Source: Catajapyx aquilonaris (taxonomy: Eukaryota). Taken from it: a stretch of 61,874 nucleotides of DNA. Below are positions 48,201-56,857 of this stretch, in pieces. Below the pieces are notes generated by a model that worked only from the letters and a program-made list of their open reading frames with translations, was not told the origin of the DNA and ran no database searches. A program made the translations under genes and the position numbers. The stretch spans positions 1 to 61,874 of the forward strand of contig KZ538561.1 of the NCBI GenBank assembly GCA_000934665.2, read 5' to 3'. The first letter of the stretch is position 1; each line of letters begins with the position of its first letter.

Positions 48201-50279
48201 TTTGACCTCGCTCATGACCTTTGCCCTCTAGCAACCGGCTAATGGACGTCATCCGGAGTCTTTTATGCTGCAATTATCTGCCGGTTAATTTAATTGCGAG
48301 CTCATTGTGCCCCAGGTACACACAGCAGGGGGGCAGCAGTTAAGAAATTTTAATGCTTCCTTTTGTACAGTCTACGTATGAAACGCAACAATGCACGTAA
48401 CGTCGCAGCGGGTTGAGCTCCATAAATTACGTAACGCCCCTTTTTTGCCCTTTAAATGGAAGTTAATTCCATGCAGCCGCCAATAGGACGACAGGGCATG
48501 TCGGAAGTTAATTATCATCATTAACCAGAACAGTTTGTTTAGAATCAACATCACATCGACACGCAAACCTACACGTGTACATTGCCCTATACAGGACGCC
48601 ATGAGAGGAATAGTTTAATTCCAAACTTCAGGATTATATAAAACTCATTAATCTGAATTATCTCTGGTTATGTAGACACGGTAGAGGAAGGTAAGGTGAA
48701 TATTGTACTGCATAAATTTCGTTTTCCTCGCTCTAATTGGGTTGCTGCTGGATGTTCCTTGCTGCAGGAGAAACAGAACATTCCGCGGCGCAACATAGAT
48801 TAAGCAGATAAATCCTACTTTTCCCGAGTCACACTTTATTTTGGTTGCCAAAAAGTTGCGAAAAGTTTGATCGGATCAGCCCAACCCCAGCAAAGAAACC
48901 TTCGTCATCATTATTTGCGGACCTAAAATTAAGTCCAGAATCGCCCTACTACTTCAAAGTGACAAAACTTTTCATATTTGTTGGAAACAGCTGTACTTAA
49001 ACCCGGCTAACTGCATAAGAAATGGGCCTGGATAAATATTCAGTCAAGTGAGACGCGAAAGTGTCTCACGGTGTGGGATCTTCTAAAAAGAACATTAAAA
49101 GAAGGTCAGAAGTATCATTGATACGAAAAAAGAAGAAGATCCATTTGGTCCCCCTTTTCCGCTTCCAAAATTATGATTGGCGGAGCTGTGTGGGGGATTT
49201 CGATTCCTGCTCCGCCCAATGAATCCTCTTTCTGTCCTTTTAGCCGCCTGATAGAATTCGAGAGACACGAAAAGGGGAGAACTTTGGGCTCCTTCCGACG
49301 CCAATCCGACGCCTCAGAAAACCACGGAAGATCTAAGCTCTCTCTCACTCAGCCCAACTCGGCAGGATTAGACGCCAATTATTAAACAACAAGGCGTATC
49401 CATTACTATGGAAAACTTGCACAGAATTTAACTATACGCTGTCACATGAACTTACGCACTGCAGTCATATGTTGCCTAATAACGAAACCGATTAAACCTT
49501 CCAGGCACTCTACATTATGTAAGGCGCGCATGTATATTTCATGACTCCGCAGCGTGTTTTAATACATAATAAGACTAATATCATTGTAAGAGTGCAGCAG
49601 CAGCAATGCCCGCAGCCTGCTCCATTAAAGCAGCAGTCAAGTTACATCAGAATATATTATGTGGGCACATGTTGGATCACGAGTGGAGCAAACTTGTATG
49701 ATGTATATTACATTTTATGCAGGCACCTTACCGAGATAATAAGATAAAAAACCATGCTGTGGCATCACCATTCTTTACATAACTTATATGCGTTACTGTG
49801 ATCTCATTACAGGTGTAGCGGAAGGCGATGGAAGCTGCGTTTGTGACACCTCATGTGGCTTTAACTTATGAAAAAAAGATTATTGTCGCAATGGTACTGA
49901 CCAAGGCGTATCTGGGCTCGTTCTGGTACAGGGTCCCTACTCTGGTCCAGTTGAACTTCTGCAGCAGCTGGACCCTGGGTGGGTTGAACTCATTCTCGCT
50001 GGGTACTATCCGGAAGAAGTTTGGGAAGTGCTTCTGGGTGAACATCGGGTGGGTGTCGGCGTACGACAGCTGCAATAAGAGGGGGACAAAACACGGGTAA
50101 TTCTTCATTGTCCAACAATATAGAGCTATAGAGAGACTGACCTGAGCAATATGCCAGTGCTTGGAGGCCTTGGCGATTGGGTCTGTGACCAATGTGCAGG
50201 CGCCGCCGAAGAGCATGACCTTCTTGGGAGGCTGGTGGACCACGTCGAAGAAGGCCTTCATCCCAACAGCAGCGTTGCA
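2746..50279 (-). CDS. GABA-B-R2: Metabotropic GABA-B receptor subunit 2 (class C GPCR); 5'-partial, 17 coding exons in window
   Basis: Joined exons 50142-50279, 49902-50069, 45104-45284, 42351-42559, 28560-28799, 28433-28493, 23858-24092, 22184-22424, 19974-20096, 13273-13383, 12204-12428, 8833-9018, 7883-7988, 7042-7171, 3968-4563, 3288-3767, 2746-3209 total 3894 nt in one open frame with GT-AG introns. Diagnostic motifs: [82 protein letters not shown], and the arthropod R2 C-terminus CDIVEYL. The signal peptide/first exon was not found. Confidence 0.96.
3288..3767 (-). CDS. GABA-B-R2: GABA-B-R2 Ser/Thr/Pro-rich tail exon ([10 protein letters not shown]...poly-D...poly-T...HAHMPS)
   Basis: Acceptor TCGAACACAG|GC, donor TCAG|GTCAGA; 480 nt, phase 1/1; lies within ORF 3253-3792. 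Confidence 0.78.
3968..4563 (-). CDS. GABA-B-R2: GABA-B-R2 acidic low-complexity tail exon ([21 protein letters not shown]...[15 protein letters not shown]...PLLSLM); probably a cassette exon
   Basis: 596 nt, GC-rich, open frame (ORF 3963-4508 extended upstream). Phase-2 acceptor AAAAAAAAG|G is atypical (no pyrimidine tract); phase-1 donor ATGG|GTTAGT. Phases fit the neighbouring exons. Confidence 0.7.
4775..4925 (+). repeat. Dispersed repeat family B, copy 1
   Basis: TTTTCCCGTTCAACAAT..GGTCAGAGA.GGTGGGAC..CTTTGTCCGCGC.GTGACTCATCACCAACGT.CATG..TACTACT, shared with 52918-53045. Confidence 0.7.
7042..7171 (-). CDS. GABA-B-R2: GABA-B-R2 tail exon: [32 protein letters not shown]...TPSQR (alternative donor gives exon end 7037)
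   Basis: Acceptor TTGTTGCAG|CT (phase 1). The TETTD.SSLCSL motif resembles insect R2 tails as I recall them. Two donors 5 nt apart: AG|GTACAG and CA|GTAAGA. Confidence 0.83.
7883..7988 (-). CDS. GABA-B-R2: GABA-B-R2 tail exon: [35 protein letters not shown]
   Basis: Acceptor TTGGCAG|ATC, donor GAAG|GTACTG; 106 nt, phase 0/1. Confidence 0.85.
8833..9018 (-). CDS. GABA-B-R2: GABA-B-R2 exon (proximal tail and coiled coil): [23 protein letters not shown]...[14 protein letters not shown]
   Basis: Acceptor TTTTTGCAG|ATG, donor GAG|GTCAGG; 186 nt, phase 0/0; heptad-like segment consistent with the R1/R2 dimerisation coiled coil. Confidence 0.9.
11646..11925 (-). mobile_element. MITE family A copy (retains a CAGGGTGATTCA end plus TA)
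   Basis: Reverse-oriented core (GATGTTTGTCCGAC...GATAGT...GTGGCAGGAGTGTGCA...CCATCTAT...TTTTGGC...TTCACTAGT) shared with copies at ~16.2, 36.4 and 55.1 kb. Confidence 0.7.
12204..12428 (-). CDS. GABA-B-R2: GABA-B-R2 exon (TM5-TM7): [32 protein letters not shown]...TLILVFVPK
   Basis: Acceptor TTTTCATCAG|ATT, donor AAG|GTAAGA; 225 nt, phase 0/0. Confidence 0.96.
13273..13383 (-). CDS. GABA-B-R2: GABA-B-R2 exon (ECL2-TM5): [37 protein letters not shown]
   Basis: Acceptor TTTGCCAG|ACT, donor ATG|GTAAGT; 111 nt, phase 0/0. Confidence 0.95.
16186..16531 (+). mobile_element. MITE family A copy with an internal 187-bp palindrome (16229-16415)
   Basis: Same core as the other family A copies; ends in TGAATCACCCTG; core duplicated head-to-head around ~16322. 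Confidence 0.75.
17569..17634. repeat. 66-bp dispersed element with TATCCTGA/TCAGGATA ends (copy 1)
   Basis: Homologous 66-bp copy at 36301-36366 (TATCCTGAAATGCAGGCTT...CAAGAAAG...CAGTCAGGATA). Confidence 0.65.
17668..17785. repeat. Perfect inverted repeat: 58-bp arms, 2-nt spacer
   Basis: 17668-17725 is the exact reverse complement of 17728-17785. Confidence 0.92.
19974..20096 (-). CDS. GABA-B-R2: GABA-B-R2 exon (TM4): [41 protein letters not shown]
   Basis: Acceptor TTTCAG|GTG, donor TAT|GTGAGT; 123 nt, phase 0/0. Confidence 0.95.
22184..22424 (-). CDS. GABA-B-R2: GABA-B-R2 exon (TM2-TM3): [21 protein letters not shown]...[17 protein letters not shown]
   Basis: Acceptor TTTCAG|G, donor AAG|GTAAAG; 241 nt, phase 2/0. 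Confidence 0.96.
23858..24092 (-). CDS. GABA-B-R2: GABA-B-R2 exon (end of VFT, stalk, TM1): [10 protein letters not shown]...PPKDRSL...[15 protein letters not shown]
   Basis: Acceptor CGACACAG|GT, donor CAGAG|GTCAGT; 235 nt, phase 1/2. Confidence 0.94.
24989..25060 (-). mobile_element. Probable 3' tail remnant of a non-LTR retrotransposon (L2/CR1-like) or its SINE
   Basis: Minus strand reads a short stem-loop (CTCTA/TAGAG), then AATAAATA, then (TGAT)n; no RT ORF visible. Confidence 0.4.
26528..27139. repeat. Minisatellite, ~80-bp unit, ~7.7 copies
   Basis: Unit AACTGGTGACCCCGAAGTGAGCGTTGATGCAGCTTACAGCCATTCAGGCCTTGACTAGGCCCCAGAATGAGCCAATCATG; units start at 26528, 26608, 26688 and so on; the 7th copy is truncated. 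Confidence 0.93.
28433..28493 (-). CDS. GABA-B-R2: GABA-B-R2 small exon: [20 protein letters not shown]
   Basis: Acceptor CTTGTAG|GGT, donor CAAG|GTAATG; 61 nt, phase 0/1; completes the conserved FEGVTGPVRF motif. Not in the supplied ORF track. Confidence 0.93.
28560..28799 (-). CDS. GABA-B-R2: GABA-B-R2 exon (VFT): [34 protein letters not shown]...[10 protein letters not shown]
   Basis: Acceptor TCTTTTTCCAG|ACT, donor ACC|GTGAGT; 240 nt, phase 0/0. Confidence 0.95.
33010..33121. mobile_element. ~108-bp foldback MITE, TA-flanked, CAGTTG termini
   Basis: TA|CAGTTGCCAGATGGATTTTT...AAAAATTCCACCTGACAACTG|TA, with further internal complementarity (ATTTGC/GCAAAT, TCTGG/CCAGA, GTCTA/TAGAC). Confidence 0.72.
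33635..33730. mobile_element. 96-bp MITE-like element with CAGGGTGGTCCA terminal inverted repeats
   Basis: 12-bp perfect TIR (CAGGGTGGTCCA / TGGACCACCCTG); TA on the right, GA on the left. Confidence 0.65.
36301..36366. repeat. 66-bp dispersed element with TATCCTGA/TCAGGATA ends (copy 2)
   Basis: Homologous to 17569-17634. Confidence 0.65.
36411..36624 (+). mobile_element. MITE family A degenerate copy
   Basis: TTGTCCGAC..GATAGTATCGCTATCTC..CCTGAAGGTGGCAG..GCGCCATCTATGC..TTTTGGCAAC..TTCACTAGT. Confidence 0.65.
41551..41909. mobile_element. ~359-bp foldback/MITE-like element
   Basis: Termini AGCCTCGAGGAA...TTCCTCGAGGCT; imperfect inverted arms across nearly the whole length; no clear TSD. 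Confidence 0.78.
42351..42559 (-). CDS. GABA-B-R2: GABA-B-R2 exon (VFT): [20 protein letters not shown]...[23 protein letters not shown]
   Basis: Acceptor TTTTCTTCTAG|GC, donor CGC|GTGAGT; 209 nt, phase 1/0. Confidence 0.95.
45104..45284 (-). CDS. GABA-B-R2: GABA-B-R2 exon (VFT): [10 protein letters not shown]...[27 protein letters not shown]
   Basis: Acceptor TTGTTTCAG|GCC, donor GAAG|GTGAGA; 181 nt, phase 0/1. Confidence 0.95.
45437..45802. mobile_element. 366-bp foldback/MITE with 7-bp target-site duplication (ACCACGA)
   Basis: Termini CAGGGAGCAT...ATGCTCCCTG; ~160-bp inverted arms with a ~43-bp spacer; ACCACGA direct repeat at 45430-45436 and 45803-45809. Confidence 0.88.
49902..50069 (-). 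CDS. GABA-B-R2: GABA-B-R2 exon (VFT): [56 protein letters not shown]
   Basis: Acceptor CTTATTGCAG|CTG, donor TTG|GTCAGT; 168 nt, phase 0/0. Confidence 0.95.
50142..50279 (-). CDS. GABA-B-R2: GABA-B-R2 exon (Venus-flytrap domain): [46 protein letters not shown]
   Basis: Acceptor TTTCTCAACAG|TGC, donor CAG|GTCAGT; 138 nt, phase 0/0. Confidence 0.95.
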
Positions 50280-51799
50280 CTGTTGAGAAAGAAATGGGAA
50301 AGAACTTATTAATTACTTGAAAAAGAAACTGGAGCAGTTTGAAATGCTGGTAACAACGTCTTCCACACCCCGTTAAAACGTTTCCTTTCCTTTTGTTGCG
50401 AAAAAGTCCCCTGACGTGACGAGGCGTAGCCAACATCGGTTCCAATTAGCCTCCGATACGTCGCGTCCGGGTTGGGCAAATCTGAGGCCATTGTGGGAGG
50501 ATGAGGGTTGGCATATTGTTCCCTGAGCAAGCGATAGACCCGAGTCCCCCATCCTTTATGAATGTATAATAAGGACCGTTAAAAGCTGATCCAAGAAAAT
50601 TTGAAAAGAATCGATTATCCATCCCCCCTCCCTCCCAGCGTTTGGGGCCTGCCTCATTTACCACCGCGGCACTAATTGATACCCTCATCATAGATTCCGT
50701 CTATTAAGGGATGTAATCCGCCGCGTGTGGTGGCCACGCTGCTGGACCACCCGGAACATCGGAGGCGACAAGGCGGACTAACACACTCATAAGCGACAAG
50801 TGACATTTAAAAAAAATATTGCAGAAATAATCAACCAAATCGCCACTAATTAATACAATTCTAAAATGTCCACATGTGACACCAAAATGTTAGCCCATTG
50901 CAAAGTCGTTTCCAGGCGTCTCCAAACTTCCGGACAACAACCAAATTAACAACTTTTTGGTCCTTTCGTCTTTCCGGGTTTCTCAACATTTCCTGTTTTT
51001 ACCCCCCCTCTTTTTTCTGTCCCCCCTCATTTCACTTCCTCCTTTCCCCCTCCATTTTCTTGGGGCTTTTTCTCGGGGGCTTGATCTGGATGGCGCGCGG
51101 CAGCATCGGAAATCAAATTATTGCGGTGGAAAGCAGACGACCCAGCTTTGAAAGTCACACTAACTCGATTACATTCAATCCTTTTCCTTCCTCTACCGAA
51201 GCCTTCAGATCCAGAAGCCCTCCGCAAAATTTCAGAAACCTATACCTTCCCCCTCCCCTTTTCTCCTTCCCATACTTCCAATCAATAACCCTTCAATCTA
51301 CCAAGTGATTGCGCAGACATATTTGGGCAGTGAGTGGGCAAAATCCAGAGTCCTGCAGAAATTTTTTAACAGCAAAGTGCAAATTCGAGGATTTTTTTAT
51401 CGACAATTTTATGAGTTAGACCTTGTGGTTGGATAGCACGAGTCGACGTGCAAGTCTGACTTGACCCCGTCCGTAGTAAAAGGTCACGGGTCTGGACAAA
51501 CTTTCCCCGCGTGTTTTATGGCCCACCCCGTAATTTAGGTGGCTCCTGCACGGGAACAGATAGGTTGGACCCAAGCCAGATGCCCAATTTCGCAAACTTT
51601 TTGGGGCCATTTCTGACGCACATGGCAAACCGTCCTGATCGATAAAAAATATTTTTTTTTTGGAGAAAGTTATATAGGGGGGAGGCCTTTTTTTCTCCTT
51701 CTGGCCCCCCTCTCAATTTGACAGTTACTGATCACATTCCGATGAGGCGTGTTTGACCCCCCTTTGGGAGTGAAAAAAAAGGTGGGAGGTGAAGGAAGT

Positions 51800-51939
51800 C
51801 AAGATTGGCCTATAGGTTAGTCAGGCCAGCACGTGTGATAGATGATCTCTGCACCTCTTAGGACTCTGTCTGTCCCGGATCGGAAACCAGGTCACAACCT
51901 AAGGTCACCGCCTGCTTCTCACTCTGACTGCACAGAAAG
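51800..51939 (+). promoter_or_regulatory. Putative promoter / non-coding first exon of the nested gene
   Basis: Reverse CCAAT (ATTGG ~51804), Inr-like TTAGTC (~51817), E-box CACGTG (51830-51835), AGGTCA half-sites at 51889 and 51902 (a third at 51966 in the intron). Motif-level evidence only. Confidence 0.35.
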
Positions 51940-52007
51940 GTAAGTGCTGGCAGAGCTAACCCTATAGGTCATGTTGGGTCAAATGATGGTACTAATGTTC
52001 TTGTCAG
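51940..52007 (+). other. 68-nt 5'-UTR intron of the nested gene
   Basis: AAG|GTAAGT donor, TACTAAT branch-like motif (51990-51996), TTCTTGTCAG|ATG acceptor. An in-frame TGA (51925-51927) in the upstream exon indicates that exon is non-coding. Confidence 0.75.
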
Positions 52008-52373
52008 ATGCCGTACGCCGTACTGACCCGTCGTTGGCGTCCTGACCTTGGTCCCCATCAGTACCAGTATGTGATCGAAGGAGTGACCGAGTCCGAGTCC
52101 GAGATGTTGGCCCTCCTGCTGTCCCCAAACGCCCAGATAGTGTTCCACAACCTGTTGCGTCTGGAGGTCCTGGCCTCTCCAAACATCGTGTGTCCCACAC
52201 TCGTCCTCAACCATCTAGAGAAAATGGGGTACCGTCTCTACTCGTCCTCGGCAGGACTGGAAGAGTGCGTCGGAAGCTACTCCAACTACTGGACACTCTG
52301 GAAGCCCGAACCGGTGGTCAACCAAATGCCTTCATTCCACTCAAACAGTGGAAACGGATCGAACATGTACTAA
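52008..52373 (+). CDS. Small nested antisense gene, 121 aa, GFRP-like / KCTD C-terminal (H1-like) fold protein
   Basis: Compact ORF with coding-like GC-rich third positions. Starts MPY like GFRP; P.LVLN.LEK.GYR...S.G...W.L.K matches the GFRP pattern P.IVL.KLE..GFR...TG...W.L.K. Preceded by a canonical intron ending at the ATG and followed by ATTAAA at 52465-52470. Confidence 0.8.
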   Translation: MPYAVLTRRWRPDLGPHQYQYVIEGVTESESEMLALLLSPNAQIVFHNLLRLEVLASPNIVCPTLVLNHLEKMGYRLYSSSAGLEECVGSYSNYWTLWKPEPVVNQMPSFHSNSGNGSNMY

Positions 52374-52917
52374 CACTGACCAATTTTATGCATTTTACAA
52401 ATTGTACTGTAGCAGGATTTGACTAAATACACTATAAAAGTACGACCAAATTTCTGTTCAACATATTAAAATGACACCTAAGCATCAACACTACCAGCTT
52501 ACAGATAAGACCTTGAGGTAATGTCGACGGGATGGAAACAGGTGGTCCAGATCAATAAGAGATTATTATCGGCATTTACTTGACTAAACCAGCAGCAGCT
52601 GACTCGGCCACTTTTCCTTTCCATCCCCTTATATACTATATAAAAAAAGAGGAAGCTGCTGACTGGCTGCTGGAAGTTGGCCCATCTCATCAGATGAAGA
52701 GGGGGGGGGGGGGGGGGGNGGGAGGTTATCGGGACTGACTTAATGGAATGGGACTTCACTCCTTATCTTGGCTCGAGCTCGCCTGACAACCACACTCGCG
52801 GCAACAGGGTGCTTCCTTAATTATCATTACGAAACACCTTGTATACGCTTTTCGTGGTTTTTCACACTTCCTTCACATTGACAACATTAGCACATAATAA
52901 TGGGAAGGCCAGTCAAC

Positions 52918-53045
52918 TAGGTTTCCACTTTTTCCCGTTCAACAATTAGAGGACATAGAGGTCAGAGAAGGTGGGACACGTAGCACGCTGGTGGACTTTG
53001 TCCGCGCGGTGACTCATCACCAACGTACATGTCTTACTACTTTCC
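52918..53045 (+). repeat. Dispersed repeat family B, copy 2
   Basis: Collinear similarity to 4775-4925. Confidence 0.7.
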
Positions 53046-54717
53046 CTCAGCAGCTGATTAGTCAATACCCGCCTGCCTTTCCACCATGAGTAGGCTACAC
53101 AAAGTGTGTATAGCATAACGAAATGAGCCTCATCTATTGGAGTCATAATCACCAGAGGCGGCTGAGAGACTCGGTGAAGCGACGAACACAGATCATTATA
53201 CCCTCCCGAGATGGAAGGGGAAAAAAATGGGAGTCCCATAGAGTCAGTATCATCCGGATCCACCCATGCGTACAGGGTGCTCCGGGGAATGCAGTACAGC
53301 AAACCACACGTTTAGGTTTGCACAGGTGTGAAAGAAGGCGGACTGGGAAATGAGAGAGAGAGAGACCTGCTGGGGGGGATGAGAGGGTAGGGGGGGAGGG
53401 GGGATCGATCCCTGGCGCGCATGGTAACCGCAGGATGCCTCAGCCATCGACCACTTTTGGCCCCACAACCTCCACAAGCCCACACGCAACGCACCCAACG
53501 CAAAAGCACGCACCCACACCACCCTCCGGGGATCCGCAGGGGAATAATCATTGCTAATCAACACGCATTATTCATCCGCGGGCTATTAACCGGTGTTATA
53601 GAGCCAGGCCTTGCGCACGGTTGGCTCCACTGCTGGGCTGTGCCTCTGTTTGTCCGCGGTGAGTCATCAGCGCCCACTGCTCCGCCAATGAGAATTGTGG
53701 GTACAGTGCGGTCCATTAAAAATGCTCTTTTGAAACCCCCTACCTTGTATGACTTAACCGGAAAGATCGCAATATTTATAGGACATGCCCCTTTTTTTGA
53801 GAAGGGAGTACTGTAAGTAATTCATTTTAATGTATATCCCTCGACTGAACTTATCCTGCACTGGCTGGTAACACGTGTTAATAGTGCGATTGCTGAATAA
53901 AATGCAGATTAATGCCACACTTATTCCGACCTGATTGTACTGTTCAGTATCATGTACACACACTCTCCGTCCGGGGAGCTTTTTAATTAGGCAAATTGGA
54001 GTGTCCACTCAGAGTTTTTTTTGTAGGAGCGGATTAGTTCTTGCTGGACACGCCATATCTGAGCAGGGTACACTCCCGGATTATAACCACTGTTATAATT
54101 CTATCTTTGTGTCCGTAATATCCCATCTGACCTCTTTTCTAACTGGCCTTTGCACGCTCCACGAAGTTAATGGTAACGTGTGTGTGTAGTTGGTTTTGCG
54201 ACGCGTGAAAGGGGAGGAAGGAAGGATTTTAATTAGAGTTCGGGCTTCCCGATGGGGCTATGGGAAGGATATAGTTTTTGTTCACAAAAAATAATTAAAG
54301 GTAGATTCTAAATTCAGCATCACTTCCAACAAATCCGGTAGAATCTGTGGGTAATCCCTGATGCACACACCTTCCTCTCTTAATTACCATCCCTATAGGT
54401 CTGACATTTTAACCTCCTTGTCTACTATAGTGTTGCTTCCCAACCTGAATGAAACCCATTTTAATCCGGCCCCAAAGTTTTCACTCAGGCCAGGTCAAAC
54501 AAACCACCAAAAATAATCTTCCCTTTACTCCTTGAAAGTGATCCCAGCTCGAGCGATGTAATCTAGGAAGACGATGCCTGGAGTGTAGTTGTACGTTAGG
54601 TGAGGAGACGCTCGTTGAATGGCGCTGGTAAATGGGGCATGTAGGCAGCTGGCGTCTTTAATTTCCAAGCCAACCCAAAAGGGGAAGGAAGGAAGGAAGG
54701 AAAAGGGGGGGGGGGGG

Positions 54718-54846
54718 NNNNNNNNNNNNNNNNNNNNNNNNNNNNNNNNNNNNNNNNNNNNNNNNNNNNNNNNNNNNNNNNNNNNNNNNNNNNNNNNNNN
54801 NNNNNNNNNNNNNNNNNNNNNNNNNNNNNNNNNNNNNNNNNNNNNN
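54718..54846. other. Assembly gap (129 N)
   Basis: N run flanked by a G homopolymer on the left and a C homopolymer on the right. Confidence 0.99.
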
Positions 54847-55140
54847 CCCCCCCCCCCCCCCAACTTGTCATCCATTCAACCTCCCCCCAACCAAACACAA
54901 CAAAGAAAAAAAGAGAGCTCCCAACCCTATTGGGGGCTGCAGTGGGACGCACCGTTCACTCAATGTCCCAGCAAGCCCTATTGGACCACTCATTCTCATT
55001 AGGAGCCAGCAGTATCAGCGACCAGTTCGGCCATGGTTCAATCGCAATTCTGGAGGTCCAACGTTTGTTAACTTATTGCCGACTCCAGAGGTCGATTTAT
55101 ATAGCTAACAATGTCCCCAGCTAATATGACTCAATATAAT

Positions 55141-55358
55141 GCTTATTCTCTCCGTCGGATGTTTGTCCGACCTGATAGTATCGCTATCTCTCGCACGAAC
55201 TGATGGTGGCGGGAGTGTGCAGAGGGAGTATGCGCCATCTATGCCTGAAGAATAATATTACGTGTTAAAACGCTGCGCCAATTGTTTAGACACTGTCGTA
55301 CTGATTATATCTTATCCTAATTCAGGTTTTGCCAAATTTGGACAACGGATTCGCTAGT
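55141..55358 (+). mobile_element. MITE family A degenerate copy
   Basis: GCTTATTCTCTCCGTCGGATGTTTGTCCGACCTGATAGTATCGCTATCTC..GGAGTGTGCAG..GCGCCATCTATGC..TTTTGCCAAATTTGG..TTCGCTAGT. Confidence 0.68.
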
Positions 55359-56857
55359 TCATAATTAATAGCCTACCATATTCGACCTATAGGACCAGGT
55401 TTGTCCATTGGGAGGAGATCAGTTTGAATATCTCCAAAACCTTAAAACAGAAGCGTTGGATCGCACCCCTCCCCACCGTTCATTAGTTTCTAATTACACG
55501 TGATTGCCAGCCATGAACGGATGGAGCTGTCGGCTAACAAAGACTTATTACTACACCACCACCCCCGAAAATTTTTGCCTTCCCCGCTTCGGGGTCCCCG
55601 CAACTTCTCCCATGGTATAATTTATTCATCGACCAGATATTCGTTCGGGAAATCCAATTTGGACTCCTACCCGCCACCTGTAAATGTCCTTCCAGGCAGC
55701 ACAAGGGATGAGGGGGGGGGGGGGGGCTTAAAACCAAAATATAGCCCGCCAACACAGAAGCCTGCCCCAAAATTACACAGCTATACACACGACAAACATA
55801 CGAAAAGTGTTAAGAGCGACAATCAACATTGCTCATGTACAGTTTATGGTCTTTCTGGCAGATTAAACTATTCAGCTGTGTACACCTTTGTTTCCGTCAC
55901 TTTCCATGACTTATTCCTGAATAATTCGCACACTTTGGCTAATACGACATATGGCTCCGAAGCCCTGGGGAACAGTCGTGCTTCCGTCCCCCTTGACAGT
56001 AAAATGAGGGGAGCCTCTTGCTGCTGCTGTAACACGGTGAAAAGGGATTATTACGGTTGGAAAGAGATGGCCGGGAGCGTAATTCAGGTTCTCAGGTTCA
56101 GAAAACGCAAACAAGGCTTCATCATCTGGATCATTACTCAGGGGCTCCAGCCATTACGAAGGGGGAAGGCCTCCTTTAGCCAGCGGAGTAATCAGAGACC
56201 AAGACCAAACATATAAAGGAGACGTTTCAATTAGGGTAGCATTTCCAAGCCAGGATTGAAAATGGACGCGACCCACTGACCCCTTTTCCTTGCGTCAAAT
56301 TCTAAGAGAGAGAAAAAAAAATTCGTATGTATTGCTTCAACACGACATGCTCCTATTGCAAGGAACAGACATCAAAATCTTGATCAATCCGAGCGCTATA
56401 CCAAGCATTCACGACTGTTAGGAGGGTTGCCTGACACCCAGAATTAACATTTCTCTATCTGTCGAATCATCATCATCATCACCACCATCACGACATTTCC
56501 CTATAAGGGGTAGTCAGCGATGACGAATCAATTTGGAAATAACCGAATCGGCAAAATTTTTGCGAAGATTCCCAACTCTCTCATTCCACTAAAATGATGG
56601 TTCAGAAAAGATCAATGATTTCCATTCAACTGCCATCCACTCACTCACATATGGACGACCCAACGCATTTGGAAAGTAAATGGGGCCCACCCACATTATT
56701 TAACAAAGCTTTTGATTCCAAAAAAAAGTGACAGCTTATGACCGTGCAAACAATGGACCGTGACTGCAACCCGACACGGTTGGCCTCGGGGAGCTGTGTT
56801 CCGGTTGCAATGCGATATCTATGGACACAAACGTCATGGAGGCCAGTCATTTCCAAA

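Noticed and set aside
7037..50279. Assignment as GABA-B-R1 or R3
   Set aside because: The motifs ([32 protein letters not shown]) match the arthropod R2 subunit rather than R1 or R3.
54700..54862. G-run/C-run hairpin around the gap as a biological element
   Set aside because: The interior is unsequenced. G/C homopolymers are common in this window and often cause assembly gaps, so it cannot be assessed.
55500..56216. 238-aa plus-strand ORF
   Set aside because: Starts at GTG, crosses a G homopolymer, and shows no recognisable domain or codon bias; likely chance.
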